A stretch of 64,000 bases of DNA, from the NCBI GenBank assembly GCA_001661245.1, contig KV454012.1, forward strand, positions 62,001-126,000, read 5' to 3'. Source of the DNA: Pachysolen tannophilus NRRL Y-2460 (taxonomy: Eukaryota). Positions 45,209 to 56,069 of the stretch are shown in pieces. The notes beneath the pieces were generated by a model, which had not been told where the DNA came from, did no database searches, and was given only the letters and a program-made list of their open reading frames with translations. A program made the translations under genes and the position numbers. Each line of letters begins with the position of its first letter. The stretch's first letter is position 1.

Positions 45209-46348
45209 TTAATCTTTCAACTTATTCATAATAAATTCTTGATTTTTCACAATTTTTAATAGCAAATTTTTAACTTCGCTGATATCATTTTCTTGTTGCA
45301 GTAACTTTTCTTTTATCTTGTATAAATCATCATCTTTCAGTACAATTTCTGGTATTTCAACTTTTCTTAAGAAAGCTGTTTCTTCTTCTTTACGTAATAA
45401 ATCACTTGATTTTTTGACCTCATTTTTCATAGTATTAGTATTATTGTCACCGTTGTCATCCATTGGGATATTGGGTTCATTGTTTTCAATTTTTAATAAA
45501 TTTTCCTTATTTGCTAAATCAAATTTGACTTTTTTTTTCGTAAAAGAAGAATTTGTTCGATTACCTTCTTCAAAAATATTTGTTCTTAATGAGGGTAATT
45601 TTAAGCAACTTCTCAGATTATTACGGTGATTCTCTGGTTTAACGTTATTACTATTTACTTTGGACTTGTGGAATTTATCTCTTCTAGTTGGTGAAGGTAA
45701 CTCATCACTAACTCTTGTAGAGGAAAAAAGCATCTTAGAAGAAGAAGTATAAGAAGAACTTGTGGGTATTTTCGATTCACTATGATATAATCGGCTAGTG
45801 ATAACCGGTACTTTGAGTGATGGTGTTTTCGTAACATTTTCCAATTCAAAAGAAGGTGGTGGTTTCAGAGTAATTGGTTTTTTCAAATCAGTAGTAGAAT
45901 CATTGTCATTGTGAGGCACCAACTCTAATTCTTGAGCGGTAACATATTCAACCTGGTTCCTAGTTTTATTAATCTTTATTCTTCTTGGACTTTGCTTAAA
46001 TATCCTATTCTTACTACTTTGCTGTCTTTGAGGTGATATTCTTATTGGAGGTAAAACTTTGATTGATTCATCTTTAGTACGATCATGAAACGACGAAGAC
46101 GAGGATAGTGATGAAGATGGGCGCGATGACGATAGAGACAGAGAAGAAGAAGCATCCTCCATACTTATCGAGTTTCTCAATGGTGATTTTCTGGATGGCG
46201 AATATTTCAATACCGATAAAGTTGACAAGTCGGGGTAGAGTGAAGACGATAACGGACTTTTCACCTTAGAAGCACTAGCAGCGCTAGAAGCACTAGAAGT
46301 ACTAGCATCATTGGAAGCACTAGCAGAACCACCAATTTTTTCAAACAT
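45209..46348 (-). CDS. S/P-rich protein with PP1-docking motifs and C-terminal coiled coil (Fin1-like)
   Basis: Many SP/TP sites; RSCLK (SILK-like) followed by KKVKF (RVxF); terminal heptads; first ATG at 46348. Confidence 0.6.
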   Translation of the reverse strand: MFEKIGGSASASNDASTSSASSAASASKVKSPLSSSLYPDLSTLSVLKYSPSRKSPLRNSISMEDASSSLSLSSSRPSSSLSSSSSFHDRTKDESIKVLPPIRISPQRQQSSKNRIFKQSPRRIKINKTRNQVEYVTAQELELVPHNDNDSTTDLKKPITLKPPPSFELENVTKTPSLKVPVITSRLYHSESKIPTSSSYTSSSKMLFSSTRVSDELPSPTRRDKFHKSKVNSNNVKPENHRNNLRSCLKLPSLRTNIFEEGNRTNSSFTKKKVKFDLANKENLLKIENNEPNIPMDDNGDNNTNTMKNEVKKSSDLLRKEEETAFLRKVEIPEIVLKDDDLYKIKEKLLQQENDISEVKNLLLKIVKNQEFIMNKLKD

Positions 46349-46524
46349 CTCAAAACAGCAAGCCACACAATACCCAGCTAACAATGATAATAAATAATAA
46401 ATACAATGACAATGATGATGATAATTATCTCTACTTGTTGTACTTAAGGCTTGCTTTTGTTTACTTTTTACAAATTATAGGCACACATATACACCATCAT
46501 CACCGGACAAGATGAGTCGCATCT

Positions 46525-46731
46525 CGTGTCATTCCGGTGTCACTAAAATGTGTCACTTGAAGATGTCATAACAGATGTCTCTATTTGGTGTCACTTAAAG
46601 ATGTCATCCGAAATGTCGCAAAATTAAATGACGGTGTCATGACGCACCTTTTTTGTGACACACTTGTGACACTTTTTTCTTCTTGTTTTTTTGTTGGACA
46701 CAAAGGATTCGATGAGGTGTCATGTGACACC
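46525..46731. promoter_or_regulatory. Array of ~11 TGTCA/TGACA motifs including an MSE (GTCACAAAA)
   Basis: MSE at 46659-46651 (-); 20-bp direct repeat GTGTCACTT(G/A)AAGATGTCAT at 46550 and 46588. Confidence 0.6.
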
Positions 46732-46995
46732 GAAATTTTTCAGTTCATTTTTTCTTTTCTTTTTTCTTTTTTTTTAACATGCTTTTTCTCGTTAGAGGTA
46801 TTAAAGTGAATGAACTGATTAAATATTTAAAATTTCTTTTTTATATTTGATAGCATGTGTTTATAGTAAAGAGGTTGGTTATTTTTTTTTTGCTCTGTAG
46901 CTTTTATCATATTAGAGGTTTGGAGGGAGTTGGTTTATAAGATTTATTGCAATTTTTCAGCTCAGCATTTATCAGTAGTATTGATAATAGAAAAA

Positions 46996-48135
46996 ATGGG
47001 TATTAAACATGACGATATATTCGAGCAGCAACAGAATGATAACGAGTTGGAGTTAACAAAAATGAATGAGATATCTCCATATTTCAAAGTGGTAGAAACT
47101 GAATCCAGAGGTAGGGGATGTTTTGCTACGAAAAGGATTTCAAAAGATACTTTAGTTTTGAAATGTTTAAGACCTTTAAGTTCTACAGTGGTGAAACCGT
47201 TTAAAAAAGAAGTTTGCCAATGGTGTTTCCATTATGATCGTGGTAATAATATGAAATTTAAGCTTTCAAACTCAACAAAAGGAAATTTTTCTATCTTTTT
47301 TTGTTCACAAGTATGTTTAGATGAGTTTAAAAAAGACGATTATCAATCAATTTATTTAAATAATTTAATTGTGATTGAAAAATTTTTTGCAAATTTAAAA
47401 CAAGATAATAATCAAGAAACTGAAATAAAATTAACTAGTAAAGAAGATATTGATAATGCATGGAAGGATGTGGAAATATGGGAATCCAATTTACCTTTAA
47501 AGGAATCTAAAAGATTAAATCATTTACCCGAATTTGATTCTGATGATAATAATGATGTATATGTTGAATTAAAATATTTATCAGGTATATTATTTCAACT
47601 TTATAAAAGTCAAATTTTGGAAACTGATATTACATTCATGAATTTAGAATTGGAAAATTTCCAATTATTACAATCTAACGAATATTCAAAATGTTTAAAA
47701 TATCCTTATTTACTACAAAAATTTATAAAAATTTATAAATTTGTTAAAATCTTGTTTCCTCTGGAATTTCAATTTCTTGTAAATACTAAGTTTATTAGAT
47801 CAGCAATTGGGAAAGAATTAGGTAACGCTTTTGGAATATGGTCAAAAGAAGAAGGTTCAAACGAGTTTCAAGAATATTTTGGTTATTCCGTTTATCCTTC
47901 AGCAAGTTTTTTCAATCATTCTTGTTCACCAAATTTGAAAAGAGAACGTATTGGGAATACATTGATATTTAAAACTATAACAGATATTGAGAAAAACCAA
48001 GAACTCTGTATAAATTATGGTTATAATTTAAATGGAGACTTATTAAAAAGACAGTCATCTTTAAAAGAATGGTTTTTCGATTGCAATTGCAACAGGTGTG
48101 AAAGGGAAAAATTTGGAAATGGGATTATAGAATAG
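46996..48135 (+). CDS. SET6: SMYD-type SET-domain methyltransferase Set6
   Basis: ISPYFKV.ET..RGRGCFA, KKEVCQWCF, YPSASFFNHSCSPN, ELCINY, WFFDCNCNRC; first ATG at 46996. Confidence 0.9.
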   Translation: MGIKHDDIFEQQQNDNELELTKMNEISPYFKVVETESRGRGCFATKRISKDTLVLKCLRPLSSTVVKPFKKEVCQWCFHYDRGNNMKFKLSNSTKGNFSIFFCSQVCLDEFKKDDYQSIYLNNLIVIEKFFANLKQDNNQETEIKLTSKEDIDNAWKDVEIWESNLPLKESKRLNHLPEFDSDDNNDVYVELKYLSGILFQLYKSQILETDITFMNLELENFQLLQSNEYSKCLKYPYLLQKFIKIYKFVKILFPLEFQFLVNTKFIRSAIGKELGNAFGIWSKEEGSNEFQEYFGYSVYPSASFFNHSCSPNLKRERIGNTLIFKTITDIEKNQELCINYGYNLNGDLLKRQSSLKEWFFDCNCNRCEREKFGNGIIE

Positions 48136-48286
48136 TTGGTCATATAGATTTAATTTATATTATTTTTGGATCTAAATTAGCATTGTTTCATGGAAAATAG
48201 GAATTTTATTTATTTTTGTTATTTTTTTTTTTTTTTTTTTTTTTTGCAAAAAAAAAAAAGGCTAAACACTTTATAAATTATAAATT

Positions 48287-49411
48287 CTAATCAATAGTTG
48301 CTAATCCTTCATCAATAACTTCAAATTCTCTATAAGTACCTTTGACATAATTGATAAGTTCTTTTAATTGTTCAATAGTCTCCAATTGATCAAAATCCTC
48401 GCCATTATCCAGCTTTTTTCTAACGGTTTGCTTCAAGTTTCTTACTCTTGCTTCTAATACACCCATTCTGTATTCAATCCAATCTGGATAAAATTCGTTA
48501 TATCTGGTTCTATGCAACACGCTTGGTTTAATTGTTGTAATGACAGTGACATCGTTTAACAATGGATCGGCAGGTAACAATGCTTGTGCAATAGCAATTC
48601 TCTCAGTAACACAAAATGGTAAAAGTGCAAGATGTCTGATTGCCCCCGCTTGAACAAGTGATACTGAGCCTTGAGGAGTTTGTTTTGTAAGAACAATTTC
48701 ACCTGAACCTTTTGTTAGAGCTGTTTCTCCTCCAATCATTTCATCTGTAGGCGAAAGCATAATAACAGCAGTATATGGGTTTGAATCGAAATGCCAGTTA
48801 ACAACAGAATCAATAGCCGATGAATCACCTTTTAAGAAAAGTTGAGTTTTCAGTTCAATCTCAGTAATGCTTTCTCTTTCAATAGCTGCTTGCTCTTTTG
48901 ATTTTATACCAAAATTTATATGTCCATTTTCAAAATCACAAAAATTTCTAACTTGAAGACCAATAACTTTACTGAAAACTTCTAAAGTTCTTGGATGAGA
49001 TAAAGCATCTTTTAAAAATGGGGAAGTACCATATTTAGTGAAACCACCCAACTGTACATCTAAAGCAGAAGTAGATAAATTTGCTAATCTAGCATATTTC
49101 TTAAAAGTAGATTCAGTCATAATTTCACGGCGAATAATATCAATTGCTTCCTGTGTGAAAAGCGGCAAAGGATCACAAGCAGCAAAATCATTAACTGCTC
49201 TTTTTGGGTTTGTAATACCCAAATCCTGTAAAGTATATGTTTTCAACGTTTCAATATCTTCTGCTTTGCAACTTAAATGAACATCTGGGTCAAATTTAGT
49301 TCCAAGTCCCGCATCTTTCACTTTCTCATACAATGGCTTAATGAATATCTCATAAGTAGAATCTGGAACTGATTTATGAATATTCCCCTTAATTACTTCA
49401 ATGGAAGGCAT
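48287..49411 (-). CDS. Fungal Fe(II)/2-oxoglutarate dioxygenase-like protein
   Basis: VNWHFDS (HxD), GGET, IRHLA (distal H), TERI; GATAGATAAGATAAG upstream at 49530-49544. Confidence 0.8.
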   Translation of the reverse strand: MPSIEVIKGNIHKSVPDSTYEIFIKPLYEKVKDAGLGTKFDPDVHLSCKAEDIETLKTYTLQDLGITNPKRAVNDFAACDPLPLFTQEAIDIIRREIMTESTFKKYARLANLSTSALDVQLGGFTKYGTSPFLKDALSHPRTLEVFSKVIGLQVRNFCDFENGHINFGIKSKEQAAIERESITEIELKTQLFLKGDSSAIDSVVNWHFDSNPYTAVIMLSPTDEMIGGETALTKGSGEIVLTKQTPQGSVSLVQAGAIRHLALLPFCVTERIAIAQALLPADPLLNDVTVITTIKPSVLHRTRYNEFYPDWIEYRMGVLEARVRNLKQTVRKKLDNGEDFDQLETIEQLKELINYVKGTYREFEVIDEGLATID

Positions 49412-49911
49412 GATGATACTATTCTACACCAACTCCACAGAATTCTGAATTCAATATTTCACCTCTACGAAAAAAATAATAAACAGGGAAGATCCATCTT
49501 AATTTATAATGCAAGTCTTATTTATGTCCGATAGATAAGATAAGAATTATCACTTCTTCGCTTTATACCTCTTTAGGAAGCAGTTGAAATATGAGCCATA
49601 ATGATTGATGTTTTTTTATATAGGTAATTTTATGCGAATTCTAAAGTTTTCTTTTAAATTTGTTTCTATTCATAAAAGGGCAGCTAACAGACCGTTTAAG
49701 TTTAGATCAGCCGACTAAGACAACGTTCAAGGGTTTTGAAGTACTTGTTTAAAGAAACTATATTTTATATAGTCTGCAAAGCAAAGATTGTGCGTTAGAA
49801 ACTTTCAACTTCCAATTTTTTTTTTTTTTCAATCAAACGATATACATCGTTATTGGCATAGGGGTAATTCATTTCGTTTGTGGTTTTGAGTTGGGATAAA
49901 CCATTTGTCTA

Positions 49912-51054
49912 ATGAATATAATTAATAAATCAAATTTGCAATTACCTAAATTTTTTCATAGAACTAGAACCATTAGTACCAACTCATCTTATAGAATTTC
50001 GTCATTGCTTCAAAACTATAATACTTCTGCACAATTTTTAGTAACAGATAATGATATTGGTAATGGTGAGGTTTCTACTCTGATTGATGCTACTAAGAGG
50101 TCAAGTACAAGCTCTAGACCATTAAGTTTTGAAAATTATTTTAAATTTGAATACGCAAATTCCAATTATGTTCATCATGGTAAGCCGGGAAGGCATTTAC
50201 CGATGGTTTCATCACTTTCAGATTTATCAGATTCTACTCAAATTGCAGCTTTAATGCCTGCAAGGCGGCCTATTGGATCTCCTACTGACACAATATCCAT
50301 CAGAAGTGGTGATGACGCCTTGTTATGTTCACGATATTTTCTTGGAGTAGCAGATGGTATTTCAAGTTGGGGTGAAAATAAAGATGCAGGACTTTGGGCT
50401 AGATCAATGTTAGAACTGATGAGTCGAAATTTAACTTTTTATGAAAGAAAAATATTATCACAAAATAGGAGCATTAACGATGAAGAGATTGAAATGTTAT
50501 TGGATGATTCATACATGAGAACTGTTCAATTAATGAGAGATGAAGGTTTAGAAGGTTCATCCACAATATTATTATGCATTATTCTAGATCATAATTTGAA
50601 AATTGTAAATATAGGTGATAGTAAATTTTACATGTTTAGAGATGGAAAGATAATCAAGACTAATAAAGAACAAATGAAATCTATTCTTTGCCCCGAACAA
50701 TTGGGTACTAATGACAAAATTGATGAATTACCTTCATCAAAAGCTATATTTGATTCTGAAGAACTTAAAGAAAATGATATTTTAGTTATTTGCTCCGATG
50801 GTTTAAGCGATAATTTATGGCAAGATGAAATAGAGCTTTACGTGAATAAAATCATTTTCCAAGAGGGTAAAACCCTTCAAGAATTAGCAAATTTTTTACT
50901 TAAAAAGCTGAAAAATGTAGCATTTGATAACTACGCTGTATGTCCTTATGTTGAAAAAATTAACTCATTACCTTTTGAAATTAGAAAAAGTTATATCACT
51001 GGTGGGAAAGTTGATGATATAAGTGTTTGTGTTGCAAAAGTTTTAAAGAACTAA
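49912..51054 (+). CDS. PP2C phosphatase of the Ptc7/Azr1 family
   Basis: SGDDA, GVADGISSW, GSST, NIGDS, CSDGLSDNL, GGKVDDISV. Confidence 0.92.
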   Translation: MNIINKSNLQLPKFFHRTRTISTNSSYRISSLLQNYNTSAQFLVTDNDIGNGEVSTLIDATKRSSTSSRPLSFENYFKFEYANSNYVHHGKPGRHLPMVSSLSDLSDSTQIAALMPARRPIGSPTDTISIRSGDDALLCSRYFLGVADGISSWGENKDAGLWARSMLELMSRNLTFYERKILSQNRSINDEEIEMLLDDSYMRTVQLMRDEGLEGSSTILLCIILDHNLKIVNIGDSKFYMFRDGKIIKTNKEQMKSILCPEQLGTNDKIDELPSSKAIFDSEELKENDILVICSDGLSDNLWQDEIELYVNKIIFQEGKTLQELANFLLKKLKNVAFDNYAVCPYVEKINSLPFEIRKSYITGGKVDDISVCVAKVLKN

Positions 51055-51236
51055 ACTAAAAGTTTGTTCAAAAATTAATTAATATCGGTAAACAATTGAA
51101 ATAATCTTTTGTCTACACACTATATATATATATTGGCATTTTTTGAATTTGAATCTACCACCAGGTGTGACCTTCTATGTCACACGCTGTTTGTCACTTA
51201 AAAAGAACCACTTTTAAGGGTTTTAATGTTTGTAGA

Positions 51237-51595
51237 AATTGTCTTGACCAAATGGTACTTACAACTATTCGTATTCGATTACCACTTCTTTCAGTGATCA
51301 ACCAAAAAAGTGTCGACACATATCAAAAAGTTCAAGTAAACCTATACCATAGACTTTTCCTTCCACCTAACTTATGAAAACTAAACTATTCATCTACAAC
51401 TAGGAAAGCAAAAAAATCATAAAGAGAACAAGAAGAAGATAGTAATTTCAAATCCTGTTTCCAAGATTGGCATATTTCAATTAAAACGTAAAAAGTTTCT
51501 CACTGGAAAAGTGCAAAACACACACAAAGATAGGCACTATCTCTTATCTGATCCAATGCTATTATGAGCTTCCCCATCACGCTTGGATCGCTATT
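51237..51595 (-). ncRNA. Candidate long box H/ACA snoRNA (~360 nt)
   Basis: 5' hairpin GAUCCAA...UUGGAUC with pocket, H box AGAUAA 14 nt from the upper stem; 3' hairpin (51301-51244) then ACA+3 nt; TATA about 25 nt upstream; no credible ORF. Confidence 0.45.
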
Positions 51596-51875
51596 AAAAT
51601 CCAACCTTTTCTGTATTTATATATATCTACTTTTATTGCTAGACATAGCGCTTCACTACAATTGCCTAAACTTAAAAATAAAAGTACAAACTTATACATA
51701 CACCAAACCACCAAATAAACCTATATAAAGGGAACTCTAGCACCAATCACTTATCTCCTCTTATCCTGACCTAACTAAATACTCTTTAACTTGAATTCTG
51801 TTTTAATTCTGTTGATCTTCAACTTGTTTCAATTGAAACCTCCAAAATTCCGCACGGGAAACACGATTTTACCAA

Positions 51876-51881
51876 ACGCGT
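51876..51881. promoter_or_regulatory. MCB element ACGCGT upstream of MSH6
   Basis: Exact motif ~130 nt before the ATG of a G1/S DNA-repair gene. Confidence 0.65.
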
Positions 51882-52005
51882 ACCAAACCAATTAATTTAT
51901 CATATAAATATAAATATATATAAATATATTGATATTGATAATTTACCAGTTTTCCGAGAATAACTAATTGATTGGGAGTAATTTGAAGGTGGGAAAGGAT
52001 ATAGA

Positions 52006-55000
52006 ATGGCGGTTTCTTCTACTCCTTCGAAGAGATATGTAAAAGAATCTCCTGCTTCGAGTAATTCAAAATTAAAGCAAAGTTCATTGCTATCGTTTTT
52101 CAAGAAAAAAAGTAGTCCAGCTGGAGTACCACAGTCGTCATCACCAATTAATTCGTCGCCAACAAGAGTTAATAATGATATTGGTGAGGTTTTGAAAAAA
52201 GATGCTGGGTACGACGAGAGTGGGTTTTCGGATGGTAAGGAGAATCAGGATCCGTTATCAGTTATAGCAAGTGATACCACAATGGTGGACGTGACTCCAG
52301 AAAAGAGTCAAGAGTCGAGAAAACAAAAATTACCAGAGAAAGAAGAAGCTGGTAAGTGGGAAGATAACCAGCAAGAAGATGACCAGGAGGATGAGGAAGA
52401 TGAAGATGAAATTGTCATTTCATCAAGTCGTCGTGGTAATGCTAGAAGGAAGATTAATTATTCCGAATTATCAGATGACGATGATGAAAATGTTCCTTCC
52501 AGTTCCAAAAAGAAAAGAAAAGCCATTGAATATGAAGATAGTGACGATGAATTCATAGTAGCAGATGACGAAGTAAGTGAAGACGATGTCGTTCCTGCAG
52601 ATGATGTAGCAAATGATCTAGCAGACGATGACGACGTTGTTGTTCCAGATGCTCATGATGATGACTTTAGCGATGAAGATGATTATGGAGAAATGGAGAA
52701 AATTAAAAAAATTAATGACGCGAAACCTAAAGCTAGAAATTCTAGTTTCAACTTATCTAGCAAATTCAATGCCGATTCAAATTATATATCATCTTCACCT
52801 TCTACTCTGAATAATAATAAACCAAAAACACTGCATCTGCCTAGTAAAACTCTAAGTGCAAGACAAAATTTTACAAAAGAAAATGAAGAAAGATATAAGT
52901 GGCTTATTCAAATTAAAGATGCAGAAGGAAGATTAGAATCAGATCCTGAATATGACCCAAGAACTTTATATATTCCGTCTTCAGCTTGGGCTAAATTTAC
53001 TCCTTTTGAAAAACAATATTGGGAGATAAAATCCAAAATGTGGGATTGTATTGTTTTTTTCAAGAAAGGTAAATTCTTTGAGCTTTATGAGAAAGATGCA
53101 GATTTGGCACATAATCTTTTTGAATTAAAAATTGCTGGAGGTGGTAGAGCCAATATGAAACTTGCCGGTATTCCAGAAATGTCTTTTGATTACTGGGCTT
53201 CTTGCTTCATCAATAAAGGTTATAAAGTGGCTAAAGTAGATCAGAAAGAAAGCATGTTGGCTAAAGAGATTAGAGAAACCAAAAATAATAAAAAGGAAGC
53301 ATCAGTTATAACTAGAGAATTATCATTTGTGTTAACGGGTGGTACCTTAACGGACGAGAACATGTTAACTGATGATATGGCTACCTATTGTCTTGCACTA
53401 AAAGAATGTGATAATAATGATGGATCAAAATCATTTGGTGTCTGTTTTGTAGACACAGCAACTGGTAGTATCAAATTGACCGAGTTTCAGGATGATCCAG
53501 AATGTAATCATCTAGAAACTTTATTAGCCCAAGTCAGACCAAAAGAAATTATAGTAGAGAAAGGTCACATTTCATCTTTAGCACTAAGGACGCTTAAATT
53601 TAACTCGACACCAGGTTGTATCTGGAATTTTTTGAAAAGCGGTGAAGAATTCTTAGATGCAGATTCTACCTTTGAAAATCTTACTAGAGGTAAATATTTT
53701 GAAGCAAAAGATTTGGATGACTTGTCAAATTATCCGAGTATCTTGGTTGATTACTCTGAAAATCATCATGTTGGATTTAGCGCATTTGGTTCATTGTTAT
53801 GGTATTTGAAATCATTGAAATTAGATCACGATATCATCTCCACAGGAAATATCACAAAGTATGATTCAATCATGAACTCAAACAGTTTGGTATTGGATGG
53901 TGTTACACTTCAAAACTTGGAAATTTTTTGTAACTCATTTGATGGTTCAGACAAGGGAACCCTTATCAAGATATTAAATAGATGTATTACTCCGTTTGGA
54001 AAAAGGATGTTCAAGACCTGGGTCATTCATCCCTTGTTCCAAAAACAAAAAATTGAGGAAAGATTGGACTCTGTTGAGTTGTTGTTGAATGATGGTGATT
54101 TGCGCCATCTATTTGAATCAAAGTTAAGTAAAATTCCTGACTTGGAACGTATGTTAGCACGTATACATTCCGGTGGCTTGAAAATTAAAGATTTTGTTAA
54201 AGTCATTGAAGGTTATGAAACAATCGACACTCTTATCAATTATTTGAGAACCCAGTATGGAGACAACTTTGAGAAAGTAGGAGGATCCATAGGTAAAATT
54301 TTGAAGAAATTTCCTAAGAATTTATCTGAATGCATCTCTAAATGGTCTGACGCCTTTGATAGGAATGAAGCCATTAATAATGGACTATTGATACCAGAGC
54401 CAGGTGTGGAACTAAGTTTCGATGAAAGTAATTCTCATATTGAAGAATTAGAAAAAAGTTTGAACAAATTGTTGTCGCAATATAGAAGAGAATACAAATG
54501 CCAAGAGATGTGTTTTAAAGATAGTGGAAAAGAAATATTTTTAATAGAAACTCCTTCCAAAATTGCAAACAAGATACCCTCGAGTTGGGATCAAATGGGA
54601 TCCACTTCTAAAGTTAAAAGATATTGGTCTCCAGAGGTCAAAAAATTAGCCAGAAAATTAATGGAACTGAGAGAATTGCATAAAATTTTAATGGATACTT
54701 TACAGCAGAAATTATATTCAAGATTTTACGAAGACTATAAAACTTGGGCTGCCGCATTCGAACACATTGCTAATATAGACTGTGTCATTTCTCTTGCAAG
54801 GGCATCGGAATCGATTGGATCTCCCGCTTGTAGACCACAGTTTGTTGAAAACGATGGAAAGGGAATGATTAACTTCGAGGAATTAAGACATCCTTGTTTT
54901 ATTGAGGGAGGAGCCTCTGGTACAACAGATTTTATCCCAAATGATGTTAAGCTAGGAGGAGATTTTGATTCAGCTAATTTGGCTTTACTCACGGGTGCTA

Positions 55001-55254
55001 ATGCAGCTGGAAAATCGACTTTATTAAGAATGACTTGTGTAGCAGTGTTAATGGCCCAAATTGGATGTTATGTTCCTTGCAGATCTGCACAGTTGACTCC
55101 TATCGATAAGATCATGACCAGGTTAGGTGCGAATGATAATATTATGCAAGGAAAGTCTACCTTTTATGTTGAATTATCGGAGACAAAGAAAATATTATCT
55201 CAATCTACCCCTAAATCTTTAATCGTCTTAGATGAATTGGGACGTGGAGGTTCT
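52006..55254 (+). CDS. MSH6: MutS-alpha subunit Msh6, codons 1-1083 (broken after DELGRGGS)
   Basis: PIP box QSSLLSFF, FFKKGKFFELYE, LTGANAAGKSTLLR, STFYVEL, DELGRGGS. Confidence 0.97.
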
Positions 55255-55377
55255 TTAGTTTTTAAGATTTTACAGATTTACGAATATATGATGGTATTTT
55301 TTATGGTGCAACAAACTCTATTTTATTCTAGATTCATTGGACATCTATGAATCAAAAAAAAAAAATATTCAAATACA

Positions 55378-55862
55378 TTAATTTAAACCTTCAATCATCT
55401 TAAAAATACTTTTTAAAGCATAACCCTTATCGTAACAGGCAATGTCTTCGCCAATCTTATGTTTCTCACTCAACAACCATGCAAAGTCACTTTGCAATCC
55501 TAATGGAATTAATTCAGATTTCCCTTCTCCTATAATCAATTTCCTGTTCTTTAATTTTGAAGTGTGTTCGAATTCTTTTGCAGCAGTTTCTGCATTATCA
55601 ACAATGATATCTTCAATACCACACATCGACGCTACATGCATACCAAATGACCCCGAAGATGCTCCGTCTTCTAATTTGTATAGAAATGTAATATTTCTCG
55701 ATTTTGGTTCAACTAAGATTGCCATTCTCAACGGCTTGACTTGTGGATGGGTCTTGAAAGAGTTACCCAACGTTCCATAATGCGTAGCAAAAAACCAATA
55801 GACTGAATATGTGTTGCAACATGATGTAAAACCGCTTCTGCTATAGCAAACCCATCTGATGA
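55378..55862 (-). CDS. MSH6: Msh6 C-terminal ~161 codons, inverted, with a 1-nt frameshift in a T run
   Basis: SSDGFAIAEAVLHHVATHIQSIGF / FATHYGTL...ITFLYKL..G..SGSFGMHVASMCGI. Confidence 0.95.
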
Positions 55863-56069
55863 AGTACAATTCGACATAAAAATAGGAAAATGGAAAAAAT
55901 AAAAGAAAAAAAAGACAAGTTAAAAATCTAAATATCTCCCAATCCTTTTCATTCATTTTTATTTTTATTTTCTTTCTCTTTTTTTTTTTCTTCTGAAAAC
56001 TATCTTATTTTAATAATATCCCAAATCAGTAACAATTCGTTATATAAAACGTGAAAAATGTGATATCAA

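Noticed and set aside
51550..51590. Plus-strand reading as an snR34-like guide (GCUAU/ACGCUUG complementary to 25S CAAGCGUUCAUAGC)
   Set aside because: The upper stem is poor, there is no ACA or H box at the right distance and no second guide on that strand; the minus strand fits H/ACA geometry better
55796..55956. Hydrophobic N-terminus of ORF 55378-55956, suggesting a separate membrane protein
   Set aside because: It is the wrong frame upstream of the T-run frameshift plus intergenic DNA; the remainder is Msh6
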